Source of the DNA: Patescibacteria group bacterium
GTDB taxonomy: Bacteria > Patescibacteriota > Patescibacteriia > Patescibacteriales > UBA12465
Direction of reading: 5' to 3'
Assembly (NCBI GenBank): GCA_041656935.1
Contig: JBBACQ010000005.1
Coordinates: 1-64,000 of the forward strand
Length of the DNA stretch: 64,000 nt
The position numbers and the translations under genes were made by a program. The notes below the pieces were generated by a model. The model made no database searches and had not been told where the DNA came from. It saw only the letters and a list, made by a program, of their open reading frames with translations. Within the stretch, counting starts at the first letter, position 1, and each line of letters opens with the position of its first letter. Positions 54,972-64,000 of this stretch are shown piece after piece.

Positions 54972-54993
54972 AATGATATTTAAAAAATGATAA

Positions 54994-55698
54994 TTATTTA
55001 TTCAACATTAAGGCTCTTTTTTGTTCAGCCATTTTTTCAATAGCATAGCGAAGCATAACTCGAGGCATCTTTTTCCCCTCTTTTAGTAAAAAAGACTCTA
55101 GCCTCTCTTGATCTTTTTTGCCAGCTTCTCTTAACATCCAACCAACCGCCTTATGAATTAAATCGTTTTCATCTCTAATTAAAATTTTGGCCAAACTAAA
55201 GATATCTTTTAAATCATGTTTTTTTATGAAATAAAGGGTTGCTACCACGGCCATTCTCCTGGCCCAAAGATTTTTAGATCTAACTAACTTGTAAATTATT
55301 TTTCTATCTTTATCAAATAAATAATGACCTAAAATTTTATAAACGCTAACATCAACTAAATCCCAATTATTAATATTTCTTATATTCTTCAAATAAAAAC
55401 GAACAATTTTTTTCTTTTCTTTTTCATCAGCTAATTGATATTTTTGGATTAAAATTAACAGAGCTGACAAACGAAATTCATGAAATTTTGAGTTTAAAAG
55501 ATCTTGCAATTCTAACAGCGATAAATTCAAAAACTCTTTAATAATTTTTCTCTGATCAACAACACTAATGCCTAAAAAAATATCTCCCTCTCCATATTCG
55601 CCTTTACCGGTTTTGAAGTAGCGAGACAATATCTTGGATTTATTATTGTTTTTTTTCTTTAATAATTTATTTTTAAAAATTACTAAACGATTACTCAT
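54994..55698 (-). CDS. DNA alkylation repair protein (AlkD-like HEAT-repeat glycosylase family)
   Basis: RYFKTGKGEYGEGDIFLGISVVDQRKI, NWDLVD and AVGWMLREAG match the DNA_alkylation family pattern. Confidence 0.7.
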   Translation of the reverse strand: MSNRLVIFKNKLLKKKNNNKSKILSRYFKTGKGEYGEGDIFLGISVVDQRKIIKEFLNLSLLELQDLLNSKFHEFRLSALLILIQKYQLADEKEKKKIVRFYLKNIRNINNWDLVDVSVYKILGHYLFDKDRKIIYKLVRSKNLWARRMAVVATLYFIKKHDLKDIFSLAKILIRDENDLIHKAVGWMLREAGKKDQERLESFLLKEGKKMPRVMLRYAIEKMAEQKRALMLNK

Positions 55699-55781
55699 AA
55701 AAAATTATTTAAAAAAATACCAAAATTTTTTAACTAAAAAACACCTAAAACAAAAAAACAACTATAGTTGTAAAAGATATT

Positions 55782-56249
55782 TTATGATAATTGAAAGCTC
55801 GTTTCTTCGACTAGAGCATCAATCAACTCCCCGGCTTTAAAATTATCTAATATCTTATTTTTATTAATCTTTTTTACTAAATTATTTATTTCCTTAAAAT
55901 CAGAAAAATTATCAGGATCAGCCATTATTATTTCCCGAGCCTCGGCAACTAATAAATCAAAATAAGTTTTCTCTAAGTTCTCATAGAGAGATAAGCTTCC
56001 GCCCAAATCTTGAGAGATTCTTTCTAAAGCAAACTTCAAAATCTTATCGAATAAAAGATTTTTATTATCCTCTAAATTTGTTAAATTATGTTTATTAATA
56101 ATCTCTAAAACTGCTTTATTAATCTTATTTTGAACTTCAGGACTTGCTACTCGATAGCCAGCATCTTTAATGAGACCGGCTATTGAGCCAGCTTTAGAAG
56201 AACAAAAACCATCAAAATCAGGCGAGATATAGTTTTCAAAATTTTTCAT
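55782..56249 (-). CDS. Hypothetical protein (155 aa)
   Basis: An ORF of coding-like composition. No family recognised. Confidence 0.4.
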   Translation of the reverse strand: MKNFENYISPDFDGFCSSKAGSIAGLIKDAGYRVASPEVQNKINKAVLEIINKHNLTNLEDNKNLLFDKILKFALERISQDLGGSLSLYENLEKTYFDLLVAEAREIIMADPDNFSDFKEINNLVKKINKNKILDNFKAGELIDALVEETSFQLS

Positions 56250-56282
56250 ACTTTAAACAATTAAGAAAACAGAACAAAAAAT

Positions 56283-57680
56283 TTATTTGTATTCAACAGT
56301 AATTCTATCGAGCAACATTGGAGCTCTCTTTATTAAACGAGGGCGGAAAATAAGTTCATAAGATTCTAATTCATCAATATTGTCTAGATAGGCCCTAATT
56401 TGTTTTTCATTTAAATTAACTAAATGCTTTTTATTAATCGCCCCATCTTCTCCTCCCGGAGTTGTTTTTACAGAAAAATCAACCCTAATTTCAGCTAAAG
56501 ATTTGGCCGAGTTAAAATTCAACAAAGTATATTTGAAACTATCTAAATCAATTTCTGACAAATTAGCATCAAAATCTAAAACAGCTAGTCTTTGTTCAAC
56601 GATTTTTTCAACATCTTCTTTATTCACGACCACAATATTAACTACGCCCTTAATTTTAACCTCGAAAGAATCGCTTTCATCCCCCACTTCTTTATCTATT
56701 TCTATTTTAATATCATTAGCTTCTATCCCAAAAATCTTATTTTGTGAATCACTAATTCCTCCACCACTATTTTCGGCCTGTTTTAATATTTTATCATTTA
56801 AAACACTAATAGCTCCATCAATATCTTCTTGGGCTATATACTTTTTAACTTCTTGTTTAAATTCAAACTTCTCATAACTCTCAGCATAAATCTTATCTTG
56901 TAAGCCCGCCCATAGACCAGGGATCGTGAACTTGCTCGGAGAGATGGCCATTTCAGCGGAAGGGTTATCAGCATAAACCTCTACTTCAACTGACCCCCCG
57001 GCTGGGACATTGACGGTATTTTTTAATCTAAATAATTTATCATCCGAACTAAGAATTCTAGTGGTAGCCACTAACGGCTGATTTTTTGAATAGGAATTAA
57101 TAATTTTAACCTTTCCGACCACCTGGCCACCCAAATTCTTCTCTCCGGTGCTATAAAATATATCACCAACCTCTAACTCCACTCTATTAACAGAAGCTTT
57201 AATAGCTCTATCTAAATTAATTTGGTTATCGCTGCTAGAATAAGCATAAAAATTTAAGGATTCATCTAAAGATTCTTTGTTTACGTTTACTACGACAGAT
57301 AATTTAAAGAAGGAAAAATAAGCTACAGCTAAAACTAAAATTAAGGCTAAAAATAAAAATCTTAAAAAAAGTTTTTTATAATAAAATGATCCCCCGCTTA
57401 AAATAGATTCCGAACTATTAGGAGAGTCGTTTTTTTCTAAAACATTTAATGATCTTTTTTCAGCTACAATATCTCTTTTAATTTCAGCCCCACCATTTGA
57501 TTCTTCTTTAATTTTTTCAGCCATTAACCGGAAAAATTCTTTCTTAGAATCAAACTCATCATTAGGGAAAGTCTTCTCGTCTCTTCCAATCGTGCTTTTA
57601 GGTAAATCTTTTTTTGAAATTTTTTCTTTTTTAGGATGAATAGGATGTTCTTTTAAAGGCATAAAGTTATAACTTATCAT
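56283..57680 (-). CDS. Hypothetical membrane-anchored protein (465 aa)
   Basis: Central TM helix (FLFLALILVLAVAYFSFF) followed by a beta-rich extracytoplasmic region. No family recognised. Confidence 0.45.
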   Translation of the reverse strand: MISYNFMPLKEHPIHPKKEKISKKDLPKSTIGRDEKTFPNDEFDSKKEFFRLMAEKIKEESNGGAEIKRDIVAEKRSLNVLEKNDSPNSSESILSGGSFYYKKLFLRFLFLALILVLAVAYFSFFKLSVVVNVNKESLDESLNFYAYSSSDNQINLDRAIKASVNRVELEVGDIFYSTGEKNLGGQVVGKVKIINSYSKNQPLVATTRILSSDDKLFRLKNTVNVPAGGSVEVEVYADNPSAEMAISPSKFTIPGLWAGLQDKIYAESYEKFEFKQEVKKYIAQEDIDGAISVLNDKILKQAENSGGGISDSQNKIFGIEANDIKIEIDKEVGDESDSFEVKIKGVVNIVVVNKEDVEKIVEQRLAVLDFDANLSEIDLDSFKYTLLNFNSAKSLAEIRVDFSVKTTPGGEDGAINKKHLVNLNEKQIRAYLDNIDELESYELIFRPRLIKRAPMLLDRITVEYK

Positions 57681-57751
57681 TAGAAATAATTCTATGATAA
57701 ATATTAGTTAAATATATTATTTCTTATCTAATAATAACATTTTTTGATAAA

Positions 57752-60700
57752 TTAGACAACCTCAAGGGAATCTCCGCCAATTTCTTTTAATTTATTTTTT
57801 AAATCAGGGCAATTATTAACCTTAAAATTTGTTTTTATTAACTTTTCCCCCTCGGAAGCCAGGACTTTAAAATAAACATTACTCTTCCCGGGATAGTTTT
57901 CTAAGACCTTTTTAATTTCATCAGATTTACTGCCTGAAATTTTATCTAGAAAAGAAATCCCTAAAGATTTTGGCAAAGACGAGCTAGTATCTGGTATTTT
58001 ATTATTAAAATTATGACCAAAATTATTATTAAATTTCTTAAAAACTTTGAAATTTTTAATTTCGGCTAAATCCCCCTCTAAAGTATCTAAAGACAAAGAG
58101 ACCGCCTTATTAACCAATAATTTAGTTTCCCCATCTTTATCAGAAACATTAGCATTTACTAAAATGACCTGACCATCTTGCCAAATATCAATAGTTTGCT
58201 TTAAGACTTTAGGAAAAACTATTAATTCAGTGAAAGAAGATCCGTCCTCTACTTTTACGAAAATCATATTATCATTTTTTCTAGTAACAATTTTTTTAAT
58301 AGAGGAAACCACCCCAGCTACTAAAATATCTTGATTTTTAAAATTGTTTAAGTTGGCGATAGGAATAACTGACTCGCCCAATTTACCCTTGAAAGAATCA
58401 AAGGGATGTTCCGAAATATATAAACCTAATAATTCTTTCTCCCACCTTAACTTATCAAAATTATCTATTTTTACTTCCTGGTCTAATTGAGGAAAATTAA
58501 AAACCATTGATTTAGGTGAATCAACAAATAGACTAACCTGCGGACTATTTTTTATCTTATTTTTTTCTTTATTAAATTCCAATAATTTTTCTAAACCACC
58601 TAATAAAATTCCTCGATCCTCAAACTGATCAAAAGCTCCCGCCTTTATTAAACTCTCTAAAGATTTTTTATTTAAATCTTTATCAGTTACTCTCTCTAAA
58701 AAATTAAAGATATTTTGATATTTTCCATTGGCTTTTCGTTCTTTTATAATCTCCTCAACTATATGAGTACCAACATTTTTAACGGCATTCAAACCAAAGC
58801 GAATGGTTTGAACCTTCTCTGATCCTGAAACTGACTTATTATCAACTGTTCCACTAGTTACAACCGTGAAAGAAGCAAAAGACTCATTAACATCCGGAGG
58901 CATTATTTGTATTCCCATTTTACGACACTCCTCTATCTCGATAGAAATTCGATCAGTATCATTTTGGTCAGAACTTAATAAAGAGGCCATAAATTCAACT
59001 GGATATTGAGACTTTAAATAAGCTGTTTGATAACCAATTAAAGCATAGCAAGCGGCGTGAGAGCGATTAAAACCATAACCAGCGAAAGGTTCGATATAAG
59101 AAAATATTTTTTCGGCTAAAGCTTTTTTTATTCCATTTTTTACACAACCATCAATAAATTTTTCTTTTTGTTCGGCTAAAAGCTCGGGAATTTTTTTACC
59201 CATCGCCTTTCTTAAAGTATCGGCCTCACCTCGAGTAAAGCCAGCTAATTCTCGAGAAATTTGCATAATCTGTTCTTGATAAACAGCCACTCCATAAGTT
59301 TTATTTAAAATTGGTTCTAATTTAGGATGGAGATAGTTCATTCTAACACCATGTTTCCCGGAAATAAAATCTGGTATCCACTCTATAGGACCGGGACGAT
59401 ATAGAGCTACCATGGCAACGATGTCTTCAAACTCACTCGGCTGTAACTCTTTTAGATAACGTTTCATTCCCCCAGATTCAAATTGAAAAACTCCCGTGGT
59501 CTCACCTTTTTGAAAAAGTCCAAAAGTTTTTTTATCATCTAGAGGAATTTTGTCAATATCTATTTCTCTTTCTCGAGTATTTTTAATAATTTTTATGGCT
59601 GATTCAATGATGGTTAAATTTTTTAAACCTAAAAAATCAATCTTCAAAAGACCTAAATCATCAATAGTATGGAGTGAGTACTGGGAAACAATACTTTTAT
59701 CCGAAGAAGAGGCATACTGCAAAGGAACATAATTAGTTAAGGGTTCCTTAGTGATTAAAACACCGCAAGCATGAGTAGAAGCATGACGAGACACCCCTTC
59801 TAGCTTTTGGGCAAAATCAAAAATTCTTTTAGCAGCGGGATCTTTTTTATAAATATCTTTAACTTCGGCTAAATTACTTACAGCTTCTTTTATTTTAAAA
59901 TTCATCGGAACCATTTTGGCTAATTTATCACAGAAATCATACGGTTCATCTAAAACTCGGCCAACATCACGAATCGCCGCTCGAGCAGCCATAGTTCCAA
60001 AGGTTATAATTTGAGCAACATTATCTTTCCCATATTTTTTTTCTACATAAGAAATAACCTCATCTCGACGATTATCAGCAAAATCTAAATCAATATCAGG
60101 CATGGAAACACGATCGGGATTTAAAAATCTCTCAAATAATAATTCATATTTTATAGGATCAAGATTGGTTATCCCGGTTAAATAACAAACTAAAGAACCG
60201 GCGGCACTTCCTCTACCCGGACCAACGACAATTTTCTGTTCTTTAGCCCAATTAACAAAATCAGCGACAATCAAAAAATAAGACGGCCAACCCATTTTAT
60301 TAATAACTTCCAACTCATAATTCATCCTTTCTTTAATTTCTTTAAGCTCTTGACCCTGAGCGTTAGGAAATCTTTTTTTTATGCCGTCGATACACCATTT
60401 CGATAAATAAGAAGCTTGATCATACCCTTCCGGAACAGCAAAATATGGTAAATGAATTTCGTTTAACTCGATTTCGACATTACAACTCTCCGCTATTTTA
60501 ACTGTATTGGTAATGGCTGTAGGAACGTCTTTAAAGGCTTCAATAATTTCCTTGGGATCACGGCAAGAATAATCTCCGTACCCCATCATTTTCATTCGAT
60601 CCTCATCTTCCCTTTTCTTTTTGTTTTGTAAGCACAATAAAATATCTTGGGCCTCATCATCACCCCTTTCTAAATAATGAATATCATTAGTCGCTACTAA

Positions 60701-61306
60701 GGGAACATTTAATTCTTGAGAAAATTTAATTAATTGTTTATTATTATTTTCCTGACCTTCTAACTCCGGATGATCTTGAATCTCTAAATAAAAATTATCT
60801 TGCCCAAAAAGATTATTATATTTGATTATTTTTTTACGAGCTTGATCTAATTTTCCGGCTCTTATTAAAAAAGGTATTTCCCCACCTAAGCAAGCCGTTG
60901 AAGCTATTATTCCTTCATGATATTTTTCTAATAATTCCCAATCAACCCTAGGTTTATAATAAAACCCTTCTAAATGAGCTAGGGAAACTAATTTTATTAA
61001 ATTTTGATAACCGATATTATTCTTGGCCAATAATAATAAGTGAAAATTCTTAGCATCTTCTCTAGTATTTTTATCAAAGCGAGAATTAGGCGCAACATAT
61101 ATCTCAACTCCGATAATTGGTTTTATTCCAGCTTTTTTACATTTTTTATAAAACTCAACTGCTCCATACATTACCCCATGATCCGTAATAGCTAAGGCTG
61201 GGCATCCTTGTTCTTTAGCTCGAGAAATAAAATCATCCAGCTTGGTTAAGCCGTCTAATAAAGAATAATGGGTGTGATTATGTAGGTGGACAAAAAACAT
61301 AAACAA
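57752..61306 (-). CDS. dnaE: DNA polymerase III alpha subunit
   Basis: PHP domain FVHLHNHTHYSLLDG. The palm and fingers contain MPDIDLDF and GLLKIDFLGL. HhH and an OB-fold tail are present. 1184 aa. Confidence 0.95.
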   Translation of the reverse strand: MFMFFVHLHNHTHYSLLDGLTKLDDFISRAKEQGCPALAITDHGVMYGAVEFYKKCKKAGIKPIIGVEIYVAPNSRFDKNTREDAKNFHLLLLAKNNIGYQNLIKLVSLAHLEGFYYKPRVDWELLEKYHEGIIASTACLGGEIPFLIRAGKLDQARKKIIKYNNLFGQDNFYLEIQDHPELEGQENNNKQLIKFSQELNVPLVATNDIHYLERGDDEAQDILLCLQNKKKREDEDRMKMMGYGDYSCRDPKEIIEAFKDVPTAITNTVKIAESCNVEIELNEIHLPYFAVPEGYDQASYLSKWCIDGIKKRFPNAQGQELKEIKERMNYELEVINKMGWPSYFLIVADFVNWAKEQKIVVGPGRGSAAGSLVCYLTGITNLDPIKYELLFERFLNPDRVSMPDIDLDFADNRRDEVISYVEKKYGKDNVAQIITFGTMAARAAIRDVGRVLDEPYDFCDKLAKMVPMNFKIKEAVSNLAEVKDIYKKDPAAKRIFDFAQKLEGVSRHASTHACGVLITKEPLTNYVPLQYASSSDKSIVSQYSLHTIDDLGLLKIDFLGLKNLTIIESAIKIIKNTREREIDIDKIPLDDKKTFGLFQKGETTGVFQFESGGMKRYLKELQPSEFEDIVAMVALYRPGPIEWIPDFISGKHGVRMNYLHPKLEPILNKTYGVAVYQEQIMQISRELAGFTRGEADTLRKAMGKKIPELLAEQKEKFIDGCVKNGIKKALAEKIFSYIEPFAGYGFNRSHAACYALIGYQTAYLKSQYPVEFMASLLSSDQNDTDRISIEIEECRKMGIQIMPPDVNESFASFTVVTSGTVDNKSVSGSEKVQTIRFGLNAVKNVGTHIVEEIIKERKANGKYQNIFNFLERVTDKDLNKKSLESLIKAGAFDQFEDRGILLGGLEKLLEFNKEKNKIKNSPQVSLFVDSPKSMVFNFPQLDQEVKIDNFDKLRWEKELLGLYISEHPFDSFKGKLGESVIPIANLNNFKNQDILVAGVVSSIKKIVTRKNDNMIFVKVEDGSSFTELIVFPKVLKQTIDIWQDGQVILVNANVSDKDGETKLLVNKAVSLSLDTLEGDLAEIKNFKVFKKFNNNFGHNFNNKIPDTSSSLPKSLGISFLDKISGSKSDEIKKVLENYPGKSNVYFKVLASEGEKLIKTNFKVNNCPDLKNKLKEIGGDSLEVV

Positions 61307-61331
61307 AAAAATAAATCTTTATCTACAAAAA

Positions 61332-62327
61332 CTAATTCATTATACAACGAACTGGAATAGCATAACTAGTTTTGGAAAAATTTAGTCGACCGGTGCCACT
61401 GCTATTATAATAAAATTCTCGATACCAAGCTCTAGTCGTATTATCAACGTTTTCTGTAGAGGTCCACCACATCCCAAGCCAACTAGCAGCATTAAAGGCT
61501 CCATTAAAATAACCAGATGAAACTCCTCTGAAACCATAAATATCGCTTCCGTTCCAATCATATCTCCAACTAAAAGTTGCTCTCAATTTTGTTCCAGCCT
61601 CCGGAGATGCATAATCAATTAACTCTTGCCATTCGTCATCAGATGGAATATGCCAACCATCTGGGCAAAGTCCTTGGGCCATTTCAGTTGTCGATCCATC
61701 CATTGCAACATCCCATTTATACATTGCCCCATAAGTATCGCAGGAACTATATAAACAATAGCGTGTAATACTTGAACCATCTTTTGATGCTAAATTTAAA
61801 TTTTTACCGAACCAACATTGGTCTCCAATTTCAACGGTTGTATAATCATAGCCCTCATAGCTCAAAACATCTCCGCAAGCAAAACAATCAGTATTTAAAA
61901 TTCCTATAGGAGTAGCACATTTATCTCCGGCATTTAAACTTCCAGTTTGAAAACCAACACAAAAAGAAATAGTATAAGAACCATTATCTTCTCCGGCCTC
62001 TGTATAAATATATTGATTAGTCCCTTCATCACAATTACCATCGGGTGGGTTAGGAGCTTGAGGAAATATTTCCATATAAACTCTATCTCCTGAGCGAATA
62101 GAAGAAGTAACTGAAGTTGAAACCGGATAAGCCCCATTATCATTAAAATATAATTCTAAAGCTGTTTGTATTTGCCTGACATCAGCTATTCTTTTAGCAT
62201 CTCGAGCTCGAGATCGCGCATTCTGCAAAGATACTATGGCTAAAGTAGCTAAAATACCAATAATAGCGATCACCACCAATAATTCTACTAAGGTAAAGGC
62301 TGATTTATTAGATTTAAACATTTCCAT
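61332..62327 (-). CDS. Type IV pilin-like protein (prepilin N-terminus) fused to a FISUMP (Fibrobacter succinogenes major paralogous) domain
   Basis: Class III signal/N-methylation site KSAFTLVELLVVIAIIGILA. The C-terminus CPDGWHIPSDDEWQELIDY...GFRGVSSGYF...WWTSTE...VRCI matches the FISUMP pattern. Confidence 0.75.
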   Translation of the reverse strand: MEMFKSNKSAFTLVELLVVIAIIGILATLAIVSLQNARSRARDAKRIADVRQIQTALELYFNDNGAYPVSTSVTSSIRSGDRVYMEIFPQAPNPPDGNCDEGTNQYIYTEAGEDNGSYTISFCVGFQTGSLNAGDKCATPIGILNTDCFACGDVLSYEGYDYTTVEIGDQCWFGKNLNLASKDGSSITRYCLYSSCDTYGAMYKWDVAMDGSTTEMAQGLCPDGWHIPSDDEWQELIDYASPEAGTKLRATFSWRYDWNGSDIYGFRGVSSGYFNGAFNAASWLGMWWTSTENVDNTTRAWYREFYYNSSGTGRLNFSKTSYAIPVRCIMN

Positions 62328-62404
62328 TTTTCTTAATTATTAACAAAAAATAAAAACTTAAATTTAAAATTTATCAGAAATGAAAAAATATATAAATTTA
62401 TAAT

Positions 62405-63286
62405 TTACGCTGTTATTTTACGAACCAAGTTTTCTAAATCTTCATCATCATAAAAAAGTATTTCAACTTTGCCTCCCTTAACTCCTCGCCGAACATAAAC
62501 TCTGGTATTTAAATATTTTTCTAATCGGCCTAACTGTTTAGAATCGTTCTCATTAATAATAATTTTAGCTTTTCTGGTTCCACCACTTTTTTTAATTAAT
62601 CTATCCGTTTCTCTAACTGATAAATTATTAAAAATAATTTTTCTGAAAACGGAAAGTTGTTTTACTTCATTTTCTAACCCTAATATATATTTAGCGTGAG
62701 CCTCGGTGATTTGTTTTTTTATTAGAGCTATTTGAATTTCTTCTGGCAAAGTTAGAAATCTTAAAACATTAGTGATAGAAGATCGGGGCTGACCTATTTT
62801 TTTCGATAATTCTTCTTGAGTTAAATTAAATTCGTTCAATAATTGACTATAGGCAATGGCTGATTCAATTGGATTGAGGTCTTCTCTCTGTAGGTTTTCA
62901 ATTAAAGCTAACTCTAATTTCTTCTGTTTATCAGCCTGTCTAATAATTACTGGGACTTCCTTTAGCCCTAATTCTAAAGCACTACGCAATCTTCTTTCTC
63001 CAGATATTAATTCATAAGAATCACCCTGCCGGCTAACAATTAATGGTTGAATTATTCCGTGTTCTTTAATTGAGCTGATTAAATCATTAAGAGCTACCGG
63101 ATCAAAATTTTTACGAGGCTGATAAGGATTAGCTTCTATTTTTTGAGGATTAATTTTCTTAATTTGGTCTTCATCGTTAAGCGATAAAGAATCATCTTTA
63201 TTTAAATCAAAATCAGAATATTTTTGAATATTTATTTTCTTGGGGATAAGAGATCCCAAACCCCGTCCTAAACCTTTATTAACCAT
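62405..63286 (-). CDS. parB: Chromosome partitioning protein ParB/Spo0J
   Basis: GLGRGLGSLIP, ParB box IQPLIVSR...YELISGERRLRA-like (YELISGERRLRSAL), and HTH LTQEELSKKIGQPRSSITN. Confidence 0.9.
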   Translation of the reverse strand: MVNKGLGRGLGSLIPKKINIQKYSDFDLNKDDSLSLNDEDQIKKINPQKIEANPYQPRKNFDPVALNDLISSIKEHGIIQPLIVSRQGDSYELISGERRLRSALELGLKEVPVIIRQADKQKKLELALIENLQREDLNPIESAIAYSQLLNEFNLTQEELSKKIGQPRSSITNVLRFLTLPEEIQIALIKKQITEAHAKYILGLENEVKQLSVFRKIIFNNLSVRETDRLIKKSGGTRKAKIIINENDSKQLGRLEKYLNTRVYVRRGVKGGKVEILFYDDEDLENLVRKITA

Positions 63287-63392
63287 ATTTTTTATTTATT
63301 ATGCTATAACCAAATAAATAGTGGCGAAGCAAATTTATATAATAAGTTATTGATTGCTAAAAAATAATAAATCTATAAAAAACAAGAAAAAA

Positions 63393-64000
63393 TTAATTCA
63401 AATTAATTATTTCTTTAGCCAATTCCTCGTAAGCTCGAGCCCCAACGGATCGAGGATCATAATCTAAAATACTGAGACCATGACTAGGAGCCTCGGCTAA
63501 ACGAACAGTACGAGGAATAATTGATTTAAAAATTTTATTAGGAAAAAATTTATACAACTCATCTTTGACCAAAGATGATAAGCGATTTCTTTTATCAAAC
63601 ATAGTTATAACCACCCCTAAAATACCTAATTCCGCTTTTAAATTATTCTGAATCAAGGAAATTGTTTCTAATAATTGTCCTAAACCTTCTAAGGCATAAT
63701 ATTCGCTTTGAATAGGGATTAAAACCTTGTCGGAGGCTACTAAACTATTAATAGTTAAAAGACCTAAAGAGGGTGGACCATCAATTATTATATAATCAAA
63801 TTGATCTTTTATGGAATTTAGGGCGGTCAATAAAAGAAACTCGCGATTATCTAATCCGACCAATTCTACTGAAGCCCCGGATAAGGCAATCGTAGCTGGT
63901 ACAATAAAAAAATTTTCCTGTTTAGTTCTAAAAATAACATCAGAAATAGGACTATCACCTAGCAAGACATCGTAAATTCCTTTTTCCGTCTGACGATGAT
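63393..64000 (-). CDS. parA: ParA/Soj ATPase, 5'-truncated by the window edge
   Basis: IIIDGPPSLGLLTINSLVASDKVLIPIQSEYYALEGLGQLL is typical Soj. The reading frame stays open to base 64000, so the Walker A motif lies outside the window. Confidence 0.9.
   Translation of the reverse strand, partial: HRQTEKGIYDVLLGDSPISDVIFRTKQENFFIVPATIALSGASVELVGLDNREFLLLTALNSIKDQFDYIIIDGPPSLGLLTINSLVASDKVLIPIQSEYYALEGLGQLLETISLIQNNLKAELGILGVVITMFDKRNRLSSLVKDELYKFFPNKIFKSIIPRTVRLAEAPSHGLSILDYDPRSVGARAYEELAKEIINLN

Noticed and set aside
1-64000. Alternative genetic code (UGA reassignment, as in some candidate-phyla bacteria).
   Set aside because: All conserved genes, including dnaE, leuS, pyrG, metG, serS and purA, are full-length under the standard code. 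TGA closes at least two ORFs (35893..36777 and 42975..43601) at sensible lengths. TAA and TAG simply dominate, as expected for AT-rich DNA.

Overview
This is a densely coding, very AT-rich bacterial chromosome segment. A hand count gives about 18% G+C for one typical intergenic line. I support about 59 protein genes, one tRNA-Gln(CUG), and many rho-independent terminators and sigma70-like promoters. I found no rRNA, CRISPR array, transposase or phage genes.

Gene content:
- **Housekeeping:** rsmI, metG, pyrG, gltX, rnhB, serS, dnaX, purA, leuS, greA, murI, alr, dnaE and parAB.
- **Envelope and surface:** a Wzx/Wzy-like/GT2/GT4/TraX polysaccharide cluster, several lipoproteins, an FG-GAP exoprotein and a pilin-FISUMP fusion.

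The small proteins, the sparse Shine-Dalgarno use and the pilin and nuclease content suggest a reduced-genome, Patescibacteria/CPR-like organism. That is inference only. The genetic code looks standard, and TGA is used as a stop at least twice. Every gene from 18.9 kb to 48.4 kb is on the minus strand.

Most unusual signals:
1. **tRNA-mimicking element at 42005-42168.** This 164-nt stretch sits directly downstream of tRNA-Gln, in a ~65% G+C patch (hand count, 42001-42170). It repeats 28 of 30 nt of the tRNA 3' end plus trailer. It can close into a continuous 15-bp acceptor/T-like helix with a perfect 9-bp side hairpin, and it has its own terminator.
2. **Two related GC-box plus hairpin repeats at about 40.65 kb and 41.3 kb.** Each delimits a single-gene unit.
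3. **An accessory island at about 35.1-42.0 kb, between leuS and tRNA-Gln.** It contains a protein built from about ten 31-aa (93-bp) tandem repeats.
4. **A UvrD-type helicase with a DEDDh exonuclease nested inside it.**
5. **A WecG/TagA-NUDIX fusion.**
6. **A repeat- and hairpin-rich 0.5-kb non-coding region upstream of xerC.**
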